Shown here one piece after another: positions 57,991 through 64,000 of a stretch of DNA of 64,000 nt. The stretch's first letter is position 1. Each line of letters begins with the position of its first letter. A model generated the notes under the pieces. It had not been told where the DNA came from. It saw nothing but the letters and a program-made list of their open reading frames with translations, and ran no database searches. The stretch lies in sequence record LR756504.1. One strand, given 5' to 3'. A program made the translations under genes and the position numbers.

Positions 57991-58346
57991 TGAAAAAGAT
58001 TAATCATTTATCTCTCATAGAATTAGAAGCAGAACTCGCCGAGTTAAAATCTGATACATTGTATATAAAAATACTTGAATTACAGAAACAAATTACTGTA
58101 ATGAAAAATATTAACAATAAAGAAGTTATTGAAGATTTTCTTAAAGAAAATAAAAACAGACTTGTAAAAGTAAAAGGTATTGTAGATAAAGGCATTATTC
58201 AAGATGCTTTTTTAAAAAGAAATGATATAGTTGTAAAAGTTCTTATATATGGTTATAACCGTAGTAAAAGATTTTTTAACTATAAATTAAATGAAATTGA
58301 TATTATTGGGAAATATATTCCACCTGTAGTAAAAAATATAAATTAG
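57990..58346 (+). CDS. Hypothetical protein
   Basis: 118-aa ORF with N-terminal coiled coil. Confidence 0.55.
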   Translation: MKKINHLSLIELEAELAELKSDTLYIKILELQKQITVMKNINNKEVIEDFLKENKNRLVKVKGIVDKGIIQDAFLKRNDIVVKVLIYGYNRSKRFFNYKLNEIDIIGKYIPPVVKNIN

Positions 58347-58347
58347 A

Positions 58348-58647
58348 ATGGATTTATCTTTCGAAATGTTATATGATGGTATGGAGTTCTCTGCTCGAAT
58401 AAATGAAATACCTTGTGTTGGTAAAATAGCATTGTTCGATGGTGGTGTATATTTGTGTCAAAATGTAAAATCGGGGGCATATTGTGTTCGTAATAAAAGA
58501 CATGGATATGATTTTAGTTGGGCAATATTAACAAAGAATTGTTATAAGAAAACAATAGAACGTGCATTAAAACAAAATCATGTATCTGAGTTTAAAATTT
58601 TAAATAGAAGAAAGAATAGAATAACTGAATTTTATAATAAAAAATAG
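58348..58647 (+). CDS. Tandem paralog 1 of 4 (DGMEFSA...LCQ...RHGY..SW family)
   Basis: Clear similarity to the next three ORFs. Confidence 0.75.
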   Translation: MDLSFEMLYDGMEFSARINEIPCVGKIALFDGGVYLCQNVKSGAYCVRNKRHGYDFSWAILTKNCYKKTIERALKQNHVSEFKILNRRKNRITEFYNKK

Positions 58648-58648
58648 A

Positions 58649-58948
58649 ATGAATTTAACATTTGAGTCATTGCAAGATGGTATGGAATTTTCCGCACATA
58701 TAGATGGGACACCATGTGAAGGTAAACTTTGTATGTATGATAACCATGTCTTTTTATGTCAAGACAAGAAAGATGGTATTGATTGTAGACGTGACAGAAG
58801 ACATGGTTATCAATTTAGTTGGATAATTAAAGATCCATATAAAAAAACTACAACACTTGATCAAGCATTGAAGATACATGGTGTAACTGGATTTAAAATT
58901 CTGAATAAAAGAAAAGATAGAATAACTGACTTTTATAATCAAAACTAA
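58649..58948 (+). CDS. Tandem paralog 2 of 4
   Basis: MNLTFESLQDGMEFSA...LCQ...RHGYQFSW...KRKDRITDFY. Confidence 0.75.
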   Translation: MNLTFESLQDGMEFSAHIDGTPCEGKLCMYDNHVFLCQDKKDGIDCRRDRRHGYQFSWIIKDPYKKTTTLDQALKIHGVTGFKILNKRKDRITDFYNQN

Positions 58949-58953
58949 TTGAA

Positions 58954-59253
58954 ATGGAATTATCTTTTGAATCATTAACAGATGGTATGGAATTTTCTGC
59001 TAACATAGATGGAATACCATGTGTTGGTAAAATTGCTGTATTTAGTGGTTTTGTATATTTATGTCAAAATAAAAAATCTGGCGCACTTTGTGGATACGAT
59101 AAAAGACATGGTTATAATAGTAGTTGGATAATTAGAAATCCTGCTAAACATGTTCCATCACTATCGGTATCGTTCGCTGAAAACAGAGTAACTGAATTTA
59201 AAATTCTGAATAAAAGAAAAGATAGAATAACTGAATTTTATAATCAACATTAA
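58954..59253 (+). CDS. Tandem paralog 3 of 4
   Basis: MELSFESLTDGMEFSA...LCQ...RHGYNSSW...KRKDRITEFY. Confidence 0.75.
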   Translation: MELSFESLTDGMEFSANIDGIPCVGKIAVFSGFVYLCQNKKSGALCGYDKRHGYNSSWIIRNPAKHVPSLSVSFAENRVTEFKILNKRKDRITEFYNQH

Positions 59254-59254
59254 A

Positions 59255-59560
59255 ATGGATTTATCTTTCGAATTGTTATATGATGGTATAGAATATTCTG
59301 CTAACATTGTTGGAATACCTTGTGTAGGTAAAGTTTCTATGTTTGATAACAGTGTTTATTTATGTCAAGATAAAACAGAAGGTTCTGACTGTGGTGTTGA
59401 TAGAAGACATGGTTATGATTACAGTTGGGTGATTGTAGAAAGTTTGGACGATACTCCATTAGAAGAAGCATTGGATTTAAATGATGTTAAAGATTTTAAA
59501 ATAATAAATAGAGTAGCTGATAAAAGAAAAGAAAGAATAAATAAATTAAATTTTGACTAA
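59255..59560 (+). CDS. Tandem paralog 4 of 4
   Basis: MDLSFELLYDGIEYSA...LCQ...RHGYDYSW...KRKERINKL. Confidence 0.75.
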   Translation: MDLSFELLYDGIEYSANIVGIPCVGKVSMFDNSVYLCQDKTEGSDCGVDRRHGYDYSWVIVESLDDTPLEEALDLNDVKDFKIINRVADKRKERINKLNFD

Positions 59561-59569
59561 TATCTATTA

Positions 59570-61159
59570 TTATTTCAAATAGTCAATTAACGAAGAAAGT
59601 ATTTCTTGTTTATTTTCTATACCATCAATTTGTTTTACAAAATTTATAAATCTTTTTTTATCATCATCACTTGTAAATTTAATATGTTGATTTCCAATAG
59701 AACCATTATCATAAACTCTAAATGTTGTAGTATAATTATTATCAACAGTTTCAAAAAAATCATTTATTGAATTATATACCAATGTATTATAATCATCAAA
59801 TAGTTTACTGTTTATAAAAATTATATTTAAGAATCCTGCTGATGCTACATAGGTACTAACACCAGAAGTATCAATTACGCATGTTATAGGATTCTCGTAT
59901 TTACCTACTAGTAAATTAAAAACTCCCCATTTTTCTTTACTTTTATTGAGATAATAAATAAAATTATTTGCTTCTGAATACACATCATCCTCTTCTTCGT
60001 CTTCATCATCAAAGTCAACATTTTCTCTAATATCTAATGGTTTATCAAAACGAAATGCATTTAGAGGGATATTATTTTCAGTTAAGAATGTTATAACATT
60101 TTTTATACTATTGGTATCGGTAAATTTTCTATAGATTACATCAGATGTTATATTAACGTATATTCTATATTTAGATTTTTTCCTTTGGTATTTACCCAAT
60201 CTAACATAATCATTATTCTTTGCAATATCTAAAAATTCTTCTCTAATCATAGTAAATTTAATGCTTGACGGAGTTCCCCAAGTACTCGTTTTATTATATT
60301 TTAGACTATGTGGTTCAATAATACATCTACAATTACCTGTTTTTTTATTCCATGTATGTATAATTCCATATTTTTCTTTACTTTTTTCTAAGTCTTCGAA
60401 AAATATTTCGTCTTCTTCTTCCTCGCCATCATCATCGTAATCTAAATATTCATTTAATGTCATAATTTTTTTCAATTCATCATCAAGTTCAATAGTCTTA
60501 AATGTCTTTTCGCATTCTTTTACTAACTCTTTAATATTATTGTATTTTTTAGATATAACCATAATACCTTCTAATTCTATAGATGGTCCATCAACAGATA
60601 AAGTTTCAATTTCTTTTATATCTTTATTAAGAACAATTGTGTAATAATCACTATCTTGAATTAAATGATACCATATCTTTCTACTATTATCATTAGTGGC
60701 ATAAGAAGAACTTCTAGCATATCCAATTTCATTTATAAGAGCTTTGTACATCTTATACCCTAAACCAATTCCAAATAATTTATCGGATAATCCTATTGCA
60801 TGTATTCTATTTAATGGATGTTCAACTTGAAAAGCTAATTTTAATTTAAGTCTATTTTGTGTAATTTCTTTATATTCATTTACTAATTTAAGTAAATGTA
60901 TGTTCTCTTTTACTGATACTGACCATTCATCAGTTTTGTAAACTTTTCTATCTAATACAGCATATAAATCATCTACAGAAATGTATTTTAAAATTGTTCT
61001 AATTTCGGTTAATAATAATTCACCTTTATCATCAGTTTGGGATTCTGGTTTATTTTTTGTAAGTTCTTTATTTTGTATTAGATAAAAGTCCTTATTAGAG
61101 TCTATCCATTGTTTAGACATCTCTTTTTCAAATAAATAGAATTTCTTTAAAAATTTCAT
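59570..61159 (-). CDS. Hypothetical protein with GNAT-like segment and two internal repeats
   Basis: LFGIGLGYKMYKAL...SS...SRKIWYHL; two acidic tract plus KSKEK[YW]G repeats; N-terminal KKFYLFEK. Confidence 0.5.
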   Translation of the reverse strand: MKFLKKFYLFEKEMSKQWIDSNKDFYLIQNKELTKNKPESQTDDKGELLLTEIRTILKYISVDDLYAVLDRKVYKTDEWSVSVKENIHLLKLVNEYKEITQNRLKLKLAFQVEHPLNRIHAIGLSDKLFGIGLGYKMYKALINEIGYARSSSYATNDNSRKIWYHLIQDSDYYTIVLNKDIKEIETLSVDGPSIELEGIMVISKKYNNIKELVKECEKTFKTIELDDELKKIMTLNEYLDYDDDGEEEEDEIFFEDLEKSKEKYGIIHTWNKKTGNCRCIIEPHSLKYNKTSTWGTPSSIKFTMIREEFLDIAKNNDYVRLGKYQRKKSKYRIYVNITSDVIYRKFTDTNSIKNVITFLTENNIPLNAFRFDKPLDIRENVDFDDEDEEEDDVYSEANNFIYYLNKSKEKWGVFNLLVGKYENPITCVIDTSGVSTYVASAGFLNIIFINSKLFDDYNTLVYNSINDFFETVDNNYTTTFRVYDNGSIGNQHIKFTSDDDKKRFINFVKQIDGIENKQEILSSLIDYLK

Positions 61160-61221
61160 AGTTTATATATTAATATTACAGCTTTGATTAATATATAGAT
61201 TTAGAAAACTTTTAGTATAGG

Positions 61222-61647
61222 GTGAAGAAACTATTGAATAAAACGTTTAAGGAGATGGCTTTTGAGTTTTCCCTTATGGTTACTTTTAGTACAGGAGTTA
61301 CTGCATTCTATCATGTTGTCTTAGGAATAATTAATGATTATAAACCACATTTTACTAACCACGCATTAATTTATTTAATACTTACATCTTGTTGTATCCT
61401 ATTACAGTCTATCTATGAAGTTATCCAAGAAAAGAACTCTATTGGGAAAGTAATACCATGTTTTATTGATAGAATAATTAACATCGTTGGATTTACCTTC
61501 ATGTTAGTTCCAACTGTCTTAATTATCAATAAAGCATTTGGTTATACTGAAATTCTTGGAGATTTTAAGATTCAAGGCGTTGTTTTGAGCTATTTTTTAT
61601 CATTTATAACATTTTTAGTAAGAACTTACATATTTCATAGAGATTAA
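61222..61647 (+). CDS. Four-helix membrane protein
   Basis: Hydrophobic segments. Confidence 0.65.
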   Translation: MKKLLNKTFKEMAFEFSLMVTFSTGVTAFYHVVLGIINDYKPHFTNHALIYLILTSCCILLQSIYEVIQEKNSIGKVIPCFIDRIINIVGFTFMLVPTVLIINKAFGYTEILGDFKIQGVVLSYFLSFITFLVRTYIFHRD

Positions 61648-61679
61648 TTTGTGAATTCAAGGTTTTTTGTGTAAATTTG
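61648..61679 (+). promoter_or_regulatory. Bacteroidota-type housekeeping promoter
   Basis: TTTG-N20-TAAATTTG. Confidence 0.72.
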
Positions 61680-61695
61680 TATTATAATTCAAATT

Positions 61696-62067
61696 ATGGA
61701 AAGTATAAGAACTACATTAATAGCTAAAACTCTTAAAAATTATCCTTCGCATAAAATAATTTTATATGCTATAGAATTGGGTAAGGGTATGATGTATTCT
61801 TTACAGAAAGCTTTAAGAAATGAAAATATTAGACATTATATGTTGGATATGTGTGACTTACATGTGGATATTTATTTGAATCATATTAAAAGTAGCTCAG
61901 AACATTCGGTTTTTGTATTAGCTGATTTCCATAAATTATCAGAATCAAATAAAAATAAAATTCTAATGTATATGTTCGAAAATGATAAGAAGTTGAATTT
62001 TGTTATCTGTGGATTGGATAGTATAAGCATTGATAATGTGCTATTAAATAAAATGATTACAGTTTAA
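61696..62067 (+). CDS. Hypothetical protein
   Basis: 123-aa ORF after a host-type promoter. Confidence 0.6.
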   Translation: MESIRTTLIAKTLKNYPSHKIILYAIELGKGMMYSLQKALRNENIRHYMLDMCDLHVDIYLNHIKSSSEHSVFVLADFHKLSESNKNKILMYMFENDKKLNFVICGLDSISIDNVLLNKMITV

Positions 62068-62068
62068 A

Positions 62069-62100
62069 TTTGTATTTGTTTACAAATTTTAGTACCTTTG
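62069..62100 (+). promoter_or_regulatory. Bacteroidota-type housekeeping promoter
   Basis: TTTG-N20-TACCTTTG. Confidence 0.72.
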
Positions 62101-62120
62101 TATTACTAAATAATAAAACT

Positions 62121-62375
62121 ATGCTAAAAGTATTTATATCAGATGGTGGACTTGGATATGGGCAAGCAGCATTCTTAATAAAATTGGAAGGTGATGATTA
62201 TTTGTGTATAGCAACACATGGTATTGATGAAGATGATACCTACGCAATGTATCGTGTGGGTGAAATTGTAAAAGATTTGGAAGATATTTATGTATCGCCA
62301 AGTGATTTTAAATTGGAGGACTCTCCTTTATTCAAAACATATCTATTCCAACATTTCTTAAAAACTAAAGTATAA
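62121..62375 (+). CDS. Hypothetical protein
   Basis: ATG at 62121 follows the promoter; the track's upstream TTG is inside the promoter. Confidence 0.55.
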   Translation: MLKVFISDGGLGYGQAAFLIKLEGDDYLCIATHGIDEDDTYAMYRVGEIVKDLEDIYVSPSDFKLEDSPLFKTYLFQHFLKTKV

Positions 62376-62737
62376 TGTCAAGTTTCAAATTTATAGAAAT
62401 GAGAGATTGTGGTTCTACCAATTGTCCACATTGTGGTTCGGAAGGCAGGTATATCTATACTTGGGAACAGGATGGTAAGGTATATTCTGCTATGGCAGGA
62501 TGCTACAAAGCATTAACTGGTAAATTAGAGAAAGGCGAAGCTTCTCGTTTCTATGAAATTTTAGCTGAAAAAGTAGTAAAAAATAAAACTCTTAATGGTT
62601 GGGATAAAGCAGTGTTAAGAATGCAGGAATATATTAAAGCAAATATTACGGATGTAAAAAAAGTAATATGGGCAGAAAATAAAATAGGTGAAGCATTGAG
62701 TCAAAGAAAAAAATATTTAGCTAAAAAGAGATATTAG
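62375..62737 (+). CDS. Hypothetical zinc-binding protein
   Basis: DCGSTNCPHCG...AGC. Confidence 0.6.
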   Translation: MSSFKFIEMRDCGSTNCPHCGSEGRYIYTWEQDGKVYSAMAGCYKALTGKLEKGEASRFYEILAEKVVKNKTLNGWDKAVLRMQEYIKANITDVKKVIWAENKIGEALSQRKKYLAKKRY

Positions 62738-62738
62738 T

Positions 62739-62942
62739 ATGTGTTTAACTGCATTTAGAAATGGTGACTTAGTGAGAATGCCAAACTGCAAAGATTTTAG
62801 ATTGACATCTGATGTATATGAATATAAAATAGGGAGAATGGGATTTAATACTGATAGAGAAAATGATAAGCCAATTTCTTATTTAAAATTACTAGAATCT
62901 GCTTACTTAGTAGAAACTAAAAGTGGAAGAAAAAATAAATAA
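62739..62942 (+). CDS. Hypothetical protein
   Basis: 67-aa ORF with FRNGDLVR start. Confidence 0.45.
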   Translation: MCLTAFRNGDLVRMPNCKDFRLTSDVYEYKIGRMGFNTDRENDKPISYLKLLESAYLVETKSGRKNK

Positions 62943-63848
62943 CTATTTTCTTATTATTGCATAGTTCTTGATAAACCAATCAATCGTATTGTTCAACCCT
63001 TCTTCTAAGGATGTAAATTCAAAATCCTTAAAATCACTCTTAGCTGTTTTTTTAAATTGACCATTTGGTTTTGATGTATCAAACTTCATCTTACTTAATA
63101 CATTAAATCTATCGGCTATTATAACGGCAATATCTTTTATTGAATACTCATTTTCATTGATTGCCATAAAAGGTTCTTCTCTTTTCCAATTATCAATACT
63201 CCATAATATAAGTTTAGATAAATCATCCGAATAGATAAACTGTCTTAATGGTGTACCATCACTCCATACAATAAAATCATTCCCTGTAAGGCTAGCTTCA
63301 TATGCCTTTCTAATTAGTGCAGGAATCAAATGTGAATTTTCTAAATGATAGTAATCATTCTTACCGTAGACATTTGTAGGTATTACGCTTATCCAATTCT
63401 TACCTGTGAAATTTCTATACATCTTAGTTTGATAATATAATAGTCTTTTAGCATATGAATATCCACTGTTGGATGAATGTGGACTTCCTAAATCTAATTG
63501 ATTTGCAGTTAATGGATATGAAACATTGTCATTTGGAAATATACAAGTAGATAAAATAGAAATAAAGTTCTCTACATTATTATTCAAAGCGGATTCTAAA
63601 ATGTTTGAATTGATTTTAACGTTCTCGCTAAAAAATCCATTGTTATCTTTCATATTTGAAAATACACCTCCGACTTTTGCAGCACAATGTATGATTGTAT
63701 CAGGTGCTTCGGCTTCAATATAATTATTAGTTTGAGTTAAGTCTAATAAATTAGCCTTCTCTCTTGTATGTTCAATAGCATTACTAATATTATTTGCCAA
63801 AGAACTACCTAATAGTCCTTTTGATCCAGTTATCATTATTCGTTGCAT
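62943..63848 (-). CDS. fcl: GDP-L-fucose synthase
   Basis: TGSKGLLG, HCAAKVGG, LSTCIFP, YSYAKR, PTNVYG, HLIPAL, SDGTPLRQFIYSDD, KPNGQ. Confidence 0.95.
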   Translation of the reverse strand: MQRIMITGSKGLLGSSLANNISNAIEHTREKANLLDLTQTNNYIEAEAPDTIIHCAAKVGGVFSNMKDNNGFFSENVKINSNILESALNNNVENFISILSTCIFPNDNVSYPLTANQLDLGSPHSSNSGYSYAKRLLYYQTKMYRNFTGKNWISVIPTNVYGKNDYYHLENSHLIPALIRKAYEASLTGNDFIVWSDGTPLRQFIYSDDLSKLILWSIDNWKREEPFMAINENEYSIKDIAVIIADRFNVLSKMKFDTSKPNGQFKKTAKSDFKDFEFTSLEEGLNNTIDWFIKNYAIIRK

Positions 63849-64000
63849 AACACATCATTTATCATTACTTTAAGTAAACCAGGTAATTTAGTTTCATATT
63901 TCCATCTCATTTTAGTCCTTTATTTACAATTTTATTCATATAAAAATTATAATTTATTAATTATATTCAAACTTTCACTTTTGTTTATTATATAACAAAA

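Noticed and set aside
737-63723. Short antisense or alternate-frame ORFs in the track (for example 737, 972, 4422, 12477, 19932, 27488, 32380, 40438, 47091, 53934, 63526)
   Set aside because: They lie within well-supported genes and have no motifs of their own; they are shadow ORFs.
1-64000. Genome-wide TGA or TAG reassignment
   Set aside because: Long conserved genes are intact under code 11, use TGG for Trp, and TGA serves as a normal stop (for example the ATGA overlap at 52978-52981). No suppressor tRNA is present, so the RF in-frame TGA is local.
1-64000. Bacterial chromosome or eukaryotic giant virus origin
   Set aside because: Host-like genes are isolated among orphan ORFs, virion genes, homing endonucleases and a split PolB, with no ribosomal operons. 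Bacteroidota promoters, SmpB and bacterial-type RF argue against a eukaryotic virus.
1-64000. CRISPR array, rRNA or tmRNA
   Set aside because: No regularly spaced direct repeats, rRNA-like sequence or tmRNA termini were seen by eye.

Overview
This is a very AT-rich, gene-dense segment of a jumbo (T4-like/myovirus-style) bacteriophage, not a cellular chromosome. The host is almost certainly Bacteroidota: ten TTG/TTTG-N19-20-TAnnTTTG promoters are present, and the SerRS-arm and CCA-HD proteins look Bacteroidota-derived. The window holds virion and tail genes (9.3-29 kb), replication parts (C-terminal half of a split PolB, probable clamp and clamp-loader subunit), chaperones (ClpC-like, DnaJ) and metabolic genes (trxB, pckA, GDP-fucose synthase, GT25). 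It also has many translation and RNA-repair functions: SmpB, an RF1-like factor, a stand-alone SerRS arm, a headless CCA-HD protein, an RNA ligase-like protein, a kinase, phosphatases and 8 tRNAs. The standout signal is a candidate ribosome-mediated transcription attenuator at 54342-54490. Its 29-codon leader has 11 consecutive Leu/Ser/Cys codons, followed by mutually exclusive 1:2, 2:3 and 3:4 (terminator) hairpins, and it sits upstream of a tRNA operon made only of Leu, Ser and Cys tRNAs whose anticodons match those codons. A second leader with the same upstream motif carries in-frame UAG, UGA and UAA and precedes the RF1-like gene, which itself has an in-frame UGA. The inference is that the phage senses the state of host translation and supplies tRNAs and release factor on demand. 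All calls come from reading the sequence by eye; no searches or folding programs were run.
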